From: Epithemia pelagica
Lineage: Eukaryota > Protista > Bacillariophyta
NCBI GenBank assembly: GCA_946965045.2
Contig: OX337238.1
Coordinates: forward strand, 62,001 to 126,000
Direction: 5' to 3'
DNA: 64,000 nucleotides
Shown: positions 53,472-64,000 of the stretch, in pieces
Position numbering within the stretch: position 1 is the stretch's first letter
Layout: every line of letters starts with the position of its first letter
Made by a program: the position numbers and the translations under genes
The notes under the pieces: generated by a model
Database searches by the model: none
Told to the model about the DNA's origin: nothing
The model's input: only the letters and a program-made list of their open reading frames with translations

Positions 53472-55144
53472 AACGATTTACCACCACCAACAACAACAAC
53501 AACACAAAACAGAGAGAGAGAGAGAGAGACTGGCTCTCTCGACAACAAAACACAACAACAACCAGGACTCCTTTATCACGAAACAGCATAGGGAACGCCA
53601 CCCTGACAACTCCTGATAACCAACCACATCAACACAACCAGTCAATGCATTTTTTGTGTGATAACCAACGACGCAACAACCAAAGATTTTCTATTCGTTT
53701 TGTTTGCGTCTCTACATCTTTAGTTGTACATGTCGATTGCCCATTGGGTGTTCTTGGAGAAATACCAACCACTGACCGTATGACGTCCACTCCATTCCGA
53801 CAAGGTGGTGGTCCGTTTCTTCTCCATTTTCTCTCCTTTGTGGGCCCATGACAGTGGACGGGTGTCACGAAGGAATGCAATGGGAACAAACCAAAGGGTA
53901 CAACCGTGGGACCCTGTGCTGGAGTAGTCCTGCGTCATTCCTTTGGACCGAGAATCCTGGTGTGGATGGAGCCAGAAGAATCCAAGTGTGTATAGTATAG
54001 TAGTTGTAGTAGTATTTGGGAAACAAACTAGAGAAACTATGCCTCTCTACTAGGAGTCCTACCATCCAAACGACTGCTACGTTGTAACGAGACAACACAC
54101 TCGTACTGCTGGACATGTGTACGGTTGCTGCGGAATGTTGCGGTTGGAGATATATCATATTCTCTACTATTTCAATGTATAGACGATCGATCCACTTGGT
54201 TGGGACTTGCGCGCGATAGTCACAAGTCTATACACGGACACATGGCACTGGATACACTACAGAGATGTGGGGCACTTGCAACAACGCGGACACGGCGAGA
54301 TTGGGGGACTGTGTTCACACAACCCACTTTCGTCGTGCTAGTTTGGAGAGGGTGAATGGAACATCATAGTAGAAAATGTGGCAAGGGTCTGGATCCAAGG
54401 AATGGTTCGGTCGGCGTGTGGCGCGCCATTTGCGCAACGGTCGGATGGATTCCCTCGCTACGTACGTTCAACGGAACGGAAACCAATGGGGCGAGCTTGC
54501 ATCCAAGACCAAGAATCATGGTCAGCAGCGAGCAGGTCTGCTCCATCGCTCATTCAACGTTGGACATGCTCCTTGTGTGTGTATGTGTGAGTGTCATCTA
54601 TCGATGTCTATCTGTGTGTATGTGCATGGTGTCTTTGCTTTGGATCACCCGACTGCGCCGACCGGTCACCACACACGAATCAACCGCAAAGCCGCGTCTT
54701 CCTTTTTGGTTTGTTGTGTCATCGATGATGGAGGAGGAGCCTCATTCATTCCTTGGTGGTTCCATTCGAAAGAGGTTCATCATCTATTATTCGTAGATAG
54801 CCATCCACATGCTTTCTCTGGTTTGAGTATCTTTCCTCTCTACTACAGACAGTTGGAGAGTTCAATCCTCGAAATCTTCCCAAGCGCTTCTGTCGACGCC
54901 AGCAAGTCGTCCCAAAGTCACGGTTCCCAAACACAAGCGACAAGTGAGACCATCCTTCCCTGCTGGAACGAGACGAAAGAGGTGCAGTTCAGGGGGCGAA
55001 CAAACGAGTTGATTGGCAGAAGTGTTGGAGGGTCCCAAACAACACACACACACAAGGCAACCAAACGACAAAGTGCACAGCAGCAGGAACTACCTCGTTT
55101 GAAATCGACCGTGAGATACCCCCACAAAGTTCCAAATACCCACC

Positions 55145-58100
55145 ATGTTGCGCTCTTGGCGAAGCCATCGTCGCAATCGCAATGCGAGCAGTGCGTCCTC
55201 GGTCACATCCCTACCGACGAGCACCTCCTCCACGAGAAGCAGTAGCCGCACTTCTTCCAAACGAACCAAGAGGAGAAACAGCAGTAACACCAAATCGTCG
55301 TCGACACCCTCCTCTCCCTCGTCTTCGGCTGCAGCAGGAGCCTTTCCACAACCTGTTGCGGGAGCCTTTCCAACGACCTATCCGCGCGACGACTACAATG
55401 AAGAGGATGATAGTGTCAGTTTGAGCAGTCGACTCAGTTGCCGATCCACCAAGAGTCATGCACGAAAACAGCGCCTCTGGACTCCCACACGACGGTCCCA
55501 CAAACACAACAAAAAGCAACAGCAACAACCACAAGAGCAACAGGATTTGACCAATTCGCCCACTCACAGTCATGGCGATGATCCTGAGAATCCTCCGGCA
55601 TCGCCGTCCGTGTCGTCCGTCGCCACGGCACACACGCAACCATCCCTGCGACAACCACGAACCAGTACCAGCAGCGTTCTCAAGCAACCAACAGTGTCGT
55701 CATCTTCTCCCGATTCCGTGGCCACCAACAAATCGAAACGCAGTGTGCGGTTTGCCACACACACCACGTCTTCGTCGGAGGATGCCGGATCGGTAGCCTC
55801 GGCACCGGCTCAATTGTGGTCCACCACCAAGAATAAGCAGTCACGTCGATCCACCCAATCGTCTTCCAAAAAATCCAGTCCCTGGCGATTGGGAGGAGGC
55901 CGCAAAGGAGGACGATCGTCCTATCAAGAAGTACCGGCAGAAGCGTCTTCGTCTTCCTCAAAGTCTACGACGTCTCCATCGACTACTACTAGTAGTAGTA
56001 GTAGTACTCCCAAAGATTCGGCCTTGACCCAATACTTGAGGCAAAATGCGGCCTCCTTGCAACAAGCCCAAGAGGAAAAGAACTTGGTCACGACGGGCTC
56101 TCGCAAACCTCCATTGAAACCCATGGTCGTGGAAGACGATGCCCTCAGTGTGACTTCGGTCAAGAGTGGCAGCTCCAAGGGCAGCACTTCCAGCAACAAG
56201 AATTCGCTCACGGTTCCACCCATTCGCATTCAAAGTGTCATGACCAGCTCGTCCTTGGACTTGCCCGATCATCAACCACAATCGGAAGAAGACAGCAGCA
56301 GCAAGGATTTTTCTGATAGCGATACGGCTTCCGCGTCACTAGAGCCAGAAGGTAACCAACCAACCAAGAAGCAACATGCCTCGTTGGATTGGACGTTGGA
56401 CCTACCACAGGACCACGACGACAAGTCGAACAACAACAACAAGAAGAAGGACAATCACATGAAACCCTTATTGGTGGTACCAGCGACCAAACCAACGGCC
56501 TTGATTCCTCCGTACGACCAACCCAAGCACGAAAACGACAACGAAAAGGACGACCACAAGACACCCTATTTGGTACAACCATCCCCGGACCAACACCAAG
56601 ACACGACAGACAACCAAAACAAAGACGCGAAAGGAGGTGAAGAAGATGCCTTGGAATCCTCACTCATTCCTCCACCCGTCTTGTCCAAACTCACCAACCA
56701 TGCGACCAGCACCACTCCACCATCCTCCTCCACAACCATAACAACCAGTGAGTCCATTCGGACCTGGTCGACACAATTGGCGTCGATTCCTCACTCCACC
56801 AAAAAAGAGGAGGACGACGAAGAGGATGATGATCACGCGTCGGCCGTTTCCTTTGCGTCGGCTGCTTCGGCCCTCAACAAGTATGGCTTGGTTCGTATTT
56901 TGGACGATTCCGAATCCGAAGATGAGGTCATGTACATTCACAAACGATCCTATTCCAGTAGTTCCGACAATGATGATGACGACGACGATGATGATGAGAC
57001 TACCACGGATGGAGAAGAATCCCTCTTGCTCTTGTTATCACCCGACAAGGACCGTCCCTCGGACCAGGAAATAGGCGAGTTTTCGACGGAAGAGAAAAAG
57101 GAGGAAGAGCGAATGGTACCCTCACCGGGTTTCCGAGGTTCGCCCCACCGAAGACGCATGCCCAATCGAACCATTCAAGGATCCTCCTCTTCCTCCAAGA
57201 CGACAGGATCGTCCCCGCCCCGGCTCATGAAACGACTCTTGGGTGGTGGAAAATCCAAAAAGAAGCAACAACCACAAGCCAACAAGCGGGCCCTGCTGGG
57301 ATACCAGCCTTTGCAATCGCCTCCAACGTCCGATGACGAACAAGACGAAGTGGCCGCCAAGACTCCCATGTTGTTGTTGGCAACGGCTAGTAACAACAAT
57401 AACAACGGTCCTTTGTCCATGGGTGGTGCAACGAGTAGTGGCAGCAGTCCGACCCAATTCCTGAGCAGTCCTCGCAAAATGAGTCGCAAACACCCAGCAA
57501 ATACGACCACCACAACAACAACGACGGGCATCAGCACGGTACAAGCACTCTTGATGAAAGAGGGCGGACCGGAATGGACGCAAGTTCCCACCTTTGCGCC
57601 AGCCGCAGCGTCCGCCTCGTTGGCTGGCAGTGGATCTCCCCCAAGCTTACAGCAGCAGAAACAGCAATGGGATCCCTTTGCGGTCGCACCTCCTCTGAAA
57701 CAAACACCTCCCTCGGATCAATTTTGGTTTCCGGCCACAACGGCATCGTCCACGTCTTCTCCCACGTCGGTTTCGTCTCAATCCAGTCCCCCCAGCAACA
57801 ACAACAACAACAACAACCACAAGGCAGTGCAAGGTGTAATGTCAGCTTCGTTCTCCTCGTCTCCTTCGTCCATGTCCTCGGCCACTCCCACACGCATCAC
57901 CAAGGAAAGGACCGCACTGGAGGACTCTGCTGCTGCTGTTACTACTACCACGGTCCGAAAAAACACGAGCAGTCCCTTGTCACCTCTTCCCGGTACGAAC
58001 GAAAATGAGTCCTTTGAAACCTTTGTTACGGCCATGGGCCATGCCGACGATGATGACGAAGAAGAAATCATGATGGAATCCACAGTTCAAACGGACAAGT

Positions 58101-60073
58101 CACTTAGCGAATCGCCACGAACCACCAACGCCACCATTCTGAATCACCGGTCTCTGACTGTCTTGTCCTCCGCGGATAACGAGGCTTCGAGTCCAGACAC
58201 TACAAGCAGTGACGACTCTTCTGCCAACCATCCATGGGCCGAGACCATGGTCACCTCGTGCTTTGTCGGAATGGGAGCGACACCGCTCTTGCTCGTGTTG
58301 GGGTACCGCAATGTCCTCAATGATTTGGTCCTCCTGCAAGGTGCAAGTTATTGGAGATACTCCCTCTTGGTCTTGTGCAGTGCCTTTACGTCCCTTTCCT
58401 GTACGGCCTTGATTTGGAGTTCCATGTCCATGGGACGGAACTTGTTGTCGCGTGATGATACCAATAATGACGGGACCGACTCGACGAGAAACCCATTGAC
58501 ACAGTCGCCCCAACGTCCTACGACTCGTCCCAAGACCACCACAACCACTACCTCCACCGTGACTGGTTTGGAACCCACCGCCTTGTGGAGACAACAAGAT
58601 CGGTTGCAACAAAGGTTGGACCGCCACAAGGCACAAGAGGCAACTTACAAGTCTCGGTTGTTGGCCTTGCAAGCCAAGGAACGGTTGTTGCAACGACGTA
58701 CCAAGTTAATGCAATCCATTAAAGATGTCGAATTGGAAATTCAACGACGACAACACGAACAAGTCATTTGGTCGACCGTACAACTCATTGTTCACGAACA
58801 CAAGCGCTCCCTGAAACAGCAAGAAACGAGCCGTGCAAACAGTGGAATGCCGAAAACGACCAAATCTCGCAGTGGTTGGCGTGCCACCTTGCAGCAGTTG
58901 TCGGATCAAGGCAGTGTCAATAGCAAAGATGACGATGGGAATGCCAGTGTCCAATCGGCCCATTCCGGACGATCGGCACAATCAGCTCTCTCGACACGAT
59001 CCATGCCGGCCTTGTTTTCGCGATCGGGAGGGAGTCATCATCGAGGTACTGGTCGTCGAAGGATGGCCGCGCCAATGACACAAGAAGAAGAACCAGTCCC
59101 ACCACGACGCCGCCGTACTCAACGACGCAATTCTGTAGTCATTTTGGATCACCAAACAGAGAGCAGTACACCTGCTAGTACGGCCTTGGCCAAGACTTCC
59201 TCGGCACTGGCTGCTCTGGAATCTCAAAGCGCGGCAGGAGGAGAGCAACCAAAAGAACCCGTGTCAACAAGCAATAGGAGTCAACAACCACAAGAAGAAG
59301 AACAACAACCAGTCGTCCCATCACCACCACCACCACGTCGTGCGCAACGGCGCAATTCCGTAGTCATTTTGGATCACCAAACCGAGGGCAGTGCACCTGA
59401 TAGTACGCCCTTGGCCAAGGCAGCCGCAGGACTAGCGGCTCTTCCAAGCGCAGCAGGACGAGAGCAACGAGAAGAACCTGTGCCTACAGCTGTGAATCCG
59501 ACGCATCGACCGATTGCGGCTCATGTTCCCTTGAACGAAATGGCCATTCAATGGCTCTTTCAACGATGGATGAAAATCCCCGGTGTTACAGTGCTCCAAC
59601 AAAACTCGGATGCCGATCCGCTATCCAATTCTCCTCCTTCCTCTTCTTCTTTGTTTGTTACTTCCAGCAGGACGACCCCAAAGGCCGCCTGGACGGTCAC
59701 CGATTTGTTGCGTCTCACCAAGGATCCGGATCAACTCCAATATCGACGACCTGCATTGACAGCGACACCCCAAGGCTCTCCTACCGGAGACGTGTTGTTA
59801 TCACCCTCCACAACCGTTCAACAAGCCACGCAACAAAAACAAGAACGTCAAGAAGATGCAGATAACGAAGAAGACGAAGAAGAAGACGGCGAGGATGTGG
59901 ACAGTGACGAAAGCGTGTCTTCCTCCCATTCTCCCGACAGTTTCGACAAGGAAGGCGAGGACGATTCCGAAGACGATGACGAGTCACCGATTCTCGAAGT
60001 ACCAGCCTCCTTGAAAACAGGCCGAACGACCACGGCCCGACGACCGGCTTCGTTAGGTATGGGTGAGTTTTAA
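55145..60073 (+). CDS. Large (1642 aa) low-complexity Ser/Thr-rich protein with 2-3 hydrophobic segments and a coiled coil; function unknown
   Basis: Single uninterrupted 4.9-kb ORF. Hydrophobic block (SCFVGMGATPLLLVLG...YSLLVLCSAFTSLSCTALIW), coiled coil (LWRQQDRLQQRL...ELEIQRR), duplicated PPRR..QRRNSVVILDHQTE motif. Confidence 0.75.
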   Translation: MLRSWRSHRRNRNASSASSVTSLPTSTSSTRSSSRTSSKRTKRRNSSNTKSSSTPSSPSSSAAAGAFPQPVAGAFPTTYPRDDYNEEDDSVSLSSRLSCRSTKSHARKQRLWTPTRRSHKHNKKQQQQPQEQQDLTNSPTHSHGDDPENPPASPSVSSVATAHTQPSLRQPRTSTSSVLKQPTVSSSSPDSVATNKSKRSVRFATHTTSSSEDAGSVASAPAQLWSTTKNKQSRRSTQSSSKKSSPWRLGGGRKGGRSSYQEVPAEASSSSSKSTTSPSTTTSSSSSTPKDSALTQYLRQNAASLQQAQEEKNLVTTGSRKPPLKPMVVEDDALSVTSVKSGSSKGSTSSNKNSLTVPPIRIQSVMTSSSLDLPDHQPQSEEDSSSKDFSDSDTASASLEPEGNQPTKKQHASLDWTLDLPQDHDDKSNNNNKKKDNHMKPLLVVPATKPTALIPPYDQPKHENDNEKDDHKTPYLVQPSPDQHQDTTDNQNKDAKGGEEDALESSLIPPPVLSKLTNHATSTTPPSSSTTITTSESIRTWSTQLASIPHSTKKEEDDEEDDDHASAVSFASAASALNKYGLVRILDDSESEDEVMYIHKRSYSSSSDNDDDDDDDDETTTDGEESLLLLLSPDKDRPSDQEIGEFSTEEKKEEERMVPSPGFRGSPHRRRMPNRTIQGSSSSSKTTGSSPPRLMKRLLGGGKSKKKQQPQANKRALLGYQPLQSPPTSDDEQDEVAAKTPMLLLATASNNNNNGPLSMGGATSSGSSPTQFLSSPRKMSRKHPANTTTTTTTTGISTVQALLMKEGGPEWTQVPTFAPAAASASLAGSGSPPSLQQQKQQWDPFAVAPPLKQTPPSDQFWFPATTASSTSSPTSVSSQSSPPSNNNNNNNHKAVQGVMSASFSSSPSSMSSATPTRITKERTALEDSAAAVTTTTVRKNTSSPLSPLPGTNENESFETFVTAMGHADDDDEEEIMMESTVQTDKSLSESPRTTNATILNHRSLTVLSSADNEASSPDTTSSDDSSANHPWAETMVTSCFVGMGATPLLLVLGYRNVLNDLVLLQGASYWRYSLLVLCSAFTSLSCTALIWSSMSMGRNLLSRDDTNNDGTDSTRNPLTQSPQRPTTRPKTTTTTTSTVTGLEPTALWRQQDRLQQRLDRHKAQEATYKSRLLALQAKERLLQRRTKLMQSIKDVELEIQRRQHEQVIWSTVQLIVHEHKRSLKQQETSRANSGMPKTTKSRSGWRATLQQLSDQGSVNSKDDDGNASVQSAHSGRSAQSALSTRSMPALFSRSGGSHHRGTGRRRMAAPMTQEEEPVPPRRRRTQRRNSVVILDHQTESSTPASTALAKTSSALAALESQSAAGGEQPKEPVSTSNRSQQPQEEEQQPVVPSPPPPRRAQRRNSVVILDHQTEGSAPDSTPLAKAAAGLAALPSAAGREQREEPVPTAVNPTHRPIAAHVPLNEMAIQWLFQRWMKIPGVTVLQQNSDADPLSNSPPSSSSLFVTSSRTTPKAAWTVTDLLRLTKDPDQLQYRRPALTATPQGSPTGDVLLSPSTTVQQATQQKQERQEDADNEEDEEEDGEDVDSDESVSSSHSPDSFDKEGEDDSEDDDESPILEVPASLKTGRTTTARRPASLGMGEF

Positions 60074-61403
60074 AAACGTACGCGGCCCTTTTTCTACACG
60101 ACCAAACACTGGATGGATATACAGAAAACCTGTAAAAAACGCAGACCACGAATGGCCAACACATGGAAAATACGTGGAGTGTTGGAACGATACCGGGGAT
60201 ACTACTACCTAGAATAGAGAATGGATAGTTTTCTTGTGGAAAAAGATGAGACGAGGAATGAACGAATGGAAGATACCATGAACGAAAGAGAATGGGATTC
60301 GCTCTCTACCACAAGAGTAAACTAGAAAGTCTTGGCTTTGGGGATGGACACAAAGCATATAGTGCTGTTTCGTCTGGAGAGATCGAACCACAGCAAACTA
60401 CGACCAGGAACGAGAGAGGCACTCCTACGGAGACTCTTAGCTAGGACTCCTCCTTTTTGGTTACCCCTTTGGTTACATGATGGAACAGCATACAAAGTGG
60501 GGCGACATGGTACAGCCAAAAAGAAGCCTTCTGCTTCCCTCGTTCCTCCTGTTTCTTTTGCGACATTTCCTATCGTCGTCGTCCACTGAAAGAGAAGAAG
60601 CAACAAGCAACAGGCAACGACACCGAACAGTACCCCAAAGTTCCGATTTCGAGACTTGGGGAACGACCGCCATTGTTCCGAATTCTCAACGACTCGCTCC
60701 ACAAACGCGACCCATCATGGGGGAAGATGGTTTGGAATCTTCTCTGCCGGCGCGCATGCGTTGGACGAATCCCACAAGTCCTTGCTGCACTGCGAAGAGT
60801 ATGGGGATGGCCGGCGTTCCGGTGGCTAAGTCTCCGAATTTCCAACGGCCCTTCCTCGTACGTACGTCGACGCTGCCGCCTTCCGTACCAATTCGAATTT
60901 CCGAATGTACTCTTGGAGCCATACCAATTCGTTTGGCTATGCTGTAGAGAGTACAGCGAAAAGTCTCTTTGGGGATGCAGTTCGGAACTGTCACGGTGTC
61001 ACCTCCACACTCCACACACAAGATTTTGTGGATCTGCGCGCATCAACCACATCCATTCATCATCCCATCATCGCAGCCATCCATCTCCCTTTTGCCACTA
61101 TACTACCCTCTTGTTTCGTGGCTCTCGTTGCACTCTCTGAGTAGGATCTTTTTTTGGGCTGTGCGGCTTTTGGCTCTTGTTGACACGCCTCTTCTCTCAA
61201 GCTTTTTTGTTTCACCGAGCAACAACAGCAACAGCAACAACAACTCTCTCTTGTTGTGGTGTGCCTCTTTGAAAAAGACTTGATTCTGTTTGTTTGTTTT
61301 GCGCGCATCTATTGTTGGGAGTGTGCGTTGAAATTCCCTCCCTTGCAGCTCTCCTCTAGGAATCGTTCCATTCACACAACAACCTTGCAAAGTCACCATC
61401 ACC

Positions 61404-62495
61404 ATGTCTGCTCCTACCGAAGCCAAACAACGTCGTCCCATTAGTACTGTCGGAGACGATGAATCTACGACTACTGCTCCCATTATTCCGTCTTCGTACA
61501 AGGCTACCAAGGCTCCGAAAGATACCTTGTTTACCTTGTACAAGGTGTCCCAATACAAGGCGAGTTTGCCCATGAATTTGTTGATTGTCCAATCCGTCAT
61601 GGCCGGTATTTACGTTGCCATGGCCGGACACTTGTACTTGGCGGTCGGCGCCGGTGTCTTGGGCGCAGCCGTCTTTCCCACTGGTTTGATCGCCGTGGTC
61701 TTGACTTCGGCCGAACTCTTTACCGGGGATACCCTCGTCTTTATGGCGGCCATTTTGGGCGGTCACGTGTCGTTGGAAAAATTGGTGCGCAATTGGTGCG
61801 TGTCGTGGGTCTTTAATTTTTTTGGATGCATTGTGTGGGCCAGTATTATCACGTACGCCAGCGATGCCTTGGAAGATGCCGGACAAGTCGACTTGGCCAT
61901 CCAAATTGCCGAAAAAAAGGCCTTGCAACCGTGGATGCATATTTTCTTGAAAGCGATTGGGGCCAATTTCATGGTGTGTTTGGCCGTGTGGCAATCCACC
62001 TGTGCCGAAGATGTGGCCGGCAAAGTCTTGGCCATTTGGTTTCCCATTTCTGGCTTTATTTTGATTGGCTTGGAGCACGTGATTGCCAATCAATTCTTGA
62101 TTCCCACCGGTATGATGTATGCCGGTGCGGCCGGCAAGATTTCCGTCGGTCAATTGTTGTGTGCCCTTTCCGCCGCCACCTTGGGCAATATGGTGGGCGG
62201 TGGCCTACTCGTCGGGGCCGTGTACTGGTATATCAATGACTCCATGGCCACATCCGCCAGTTCCAGTGACCCGCCTCAACCCTTGGGCGTGCGATTGCGT
62301 CAAGCCATGATTGCCTTTTCCAAAAGCAGTTCCAATCGTGGTGGTGGTGAATCCTCTTCGGCGGCTGCGGCTGCCCGCAAGGGCGAAAAGGTGACGTTGG
62401 AAGATGTCAATGAAGAAACGGAACCCTTGGCTCCGGCTTCGGGAGAAGGAGGGTCCAGCAAACCCGCGGCCGCGACGGTGGATCGTATTGTCTAA
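61404..62495 (+). CDS. Formate/nitrite transporter (FNT family, NAR1/NirC/FocA-like)
   Basis: SVMAGIYVAMAG, FPTGLIAVVLTSAELFTGD, LVRNWCVSWVFNFFG, KAIGANFMVCLAVW, AGKVLAIWFPISGFILIGLEHVIAN, TLGNMVGG. No obvious bipartite plastid presequence. Confidence 0.93.
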   Translation: MSAPTEAKQRRPISTVGDDESTTTAPIIPSSYKATKAPKDTLFTLYKVSQYKASLPMNLLIVQSVMAGIYVAMAGHLYLAVGAGVLGAAVFPTGLIAVVLTSAELFTGDTLVFMAAILGGHVSLEKLVRNWCVSWVFNFFGCIVWASIITYASDALEDAGQVDLAIQIAEKKALQPWMHIFLKAIGANFMVCLAVWQSTCAEDVAGKVLAIWFPISGFILIGLEHVIANQFLIPTGMMYAGAAGKISVGQLLCALSAATLGNMVGGGLLVGAVYWYINDSMATSASSSDPPQPLGVRLRQAMIAFSKSSSNRGGGESSSAAAAARKGEKVTLEDVNEETEPLAPASGEGGSSKPAAATVDRIV

Positions 62496-64000
62496 ACGAC
62501 AAATCGTCGACCGACAAACACGCACACACACGTTCAAAAACACACGCACACACCCACACAACCTGTACCCAGTATGGGTATGGACAGTGTTGGCATACAG
62601 TTAGTATTATTATTATTATGATTCTATCCGTTGGGGAAACTGAGGACCACAAGAGACCAGAAAAAAATCACAAAAAATAAACGACAAACACATTTGCATG
62701 TATACGCACACACCACCAAGAAGAAGAAGAAGATACGATCCATGGAACAGCCCACAGGACAAACACACACTGACACGAACCAAAACGAATCGACGGTGTT
62801 CCAATAAAACCTTTCCAAAAACATGAAGATGAAGAATGCAAAACCAAAACGTAGTAGTATGATGAATCACAGTATTTGTGGAATCGCACGAAATGCTTGT
62901 TCTCTACTAGGTCTAGACAAATGGAAGTAGGTGTCATCGTTGGGGAACTGCCAACGGTCAAGATGATTCGCCCTCCTCCTCCCATGGTCCAAACCAAGGA
63001 AGGCTAGCAACAATAGAGGTTTTCCAGTCTGTCCTTCCATCTCACTGCGTCTGCCCGTGCTTCTTACAGTTCACAATTCGATGCCGTCGGTCCATCGTAC
63101 GTCATTCGGAGTTCGGACAGACAGTGGCCCAACAAGCAACGGCATAAATGAATTATGGACGGTCCCATTCCACATTTCCCATGTGTTTTCGGATTGGGCG
63201 CTGTTGGAACCAAGTCGTTTGTCGATTACTCGTGGACCAAGAACCGACCAGTCGACGTCTTCCGTCATTCTCGTCCTCACTCGAAAGCGACGACGAAGGT
63301 CCGCATGCCCGAGACACATTGACCAAATCTTGGTCTCCCTCAAGGTCTCGTGGAAGGTTTCTCTCCATCCGCATTGCCTCTTATGCAGCAACATGCGATT
63401 CCCCATGGTGCTGGTGCAACAGAAGGGGGATCGTTGGTGGCCATGTCGTATTTGCATCAATCCAATAATCCAAGGTTTGAAATTGCCGAACGTCAGTACG
63501 ACAATCCACATGTTTAAAACTTTGGTACCAAAAACAACCACATCAACAACAAGCCCTACAGAAGCAAGCACATGGAAAGATAGTCATTTTGTGAGAGGCC
63601 AAGTACGAGGTCACGACCCGATAAACAATTTTAGTTATTACGTACGGATAAACGAACCTCAAATTGTTTGCTAGCTTCAGGAGACACAGCTCGTGCCATT
63701 GCATGGTTCACGAATGACTGCCTTCCATGGAAGAAATACGAGGCTACTACGTGCCATCAGACCTGTAGAGGACCGAGACAAGACCTTCCATTTCACTGTA
63801 ATGCCGGCATTTCCATTTTCACTTGTGATTAACAGAAGGAAAATGCAACGCGTAGGTTTCTGTGGGAAAGGCGTGATTCACTAGCTTCGGAGAGATTCCC
63901 TCTTGGCCTTTTGCTTTCATTTCAATACAATAAGTTTGCAATTCATGCGGGTCGGTATGCCCGTGTCTCTTTCGCGAAAACAGAAAAATGGTGCTCTGTC

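Noticed and set aside
54376-55245. 289-aa plus-strand ORF upstream of the large gene
   Set aside because: No recognisable motif; composition resembles UTR or intergenic sequence.
60322-61140. Short overlapping ORFs on both strands, possibly a gene relic
   Set aside because: Some stretches look protein-like, but no frame, strand or family could be assigned.
63057-63674. 205-aa plus and 166-aa minus ORFs near the window end
   Set aside because: No recognisable motifs or start context; could be a degraded gene but unsupported.
1-64000. tRNA or rRNA genes
   Set aside because: No cloverleaf or rRNA-like conserved sequence recognised by eye; a tRNAscan-SE or barrnap run would be needed to exclude them formally.

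Overview
Eukaryotic nuclear DNA with short GT-AG introns and a bipartite plastid presequence, most consistent with a pennate diatom (inference). Host genes: (i) a secreted multi-domain aminopropyltransferase fusion with degenerate SET, degenerate AdoMetDC-like and Tudor-like modules, of the type proposed for diatom long-chain polyamine synthesis; (ii) a plastid-targeted YbaB/EbfC-like protein; (iii) eIF3c; (iv) a formate/nitrite transporter; (v) several uncharacterised membrane or secreted proteins. The most striking unexplained feature is a family of seven paralogous secreted proteins (six clustered at 41.2-53.5 kb, one at 6.7 kb) sharing an 18-cysteine scaffold built on a 19-residue C-x5-C repeat. 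Mobile DNA is abundant. A full-length Ngaro-type tyrosine-recombinase retrotransposon has A1...B1-A2-B2 split direct repeats, and its recombinase carries an Arg-to-Gln change at the first catalytic position. A Penelope-like element (RT plus GIY-YIG) has a hammerhead-ribozyme-like core inside its ORF end. There are also two inverted-repeat-bounded relics, a decayed segmental duplication (9.2-10.8 kb vs 34.8-36.0 kb) and several pseudogenes. All alignments and counts were done by eye; no database searches were run.
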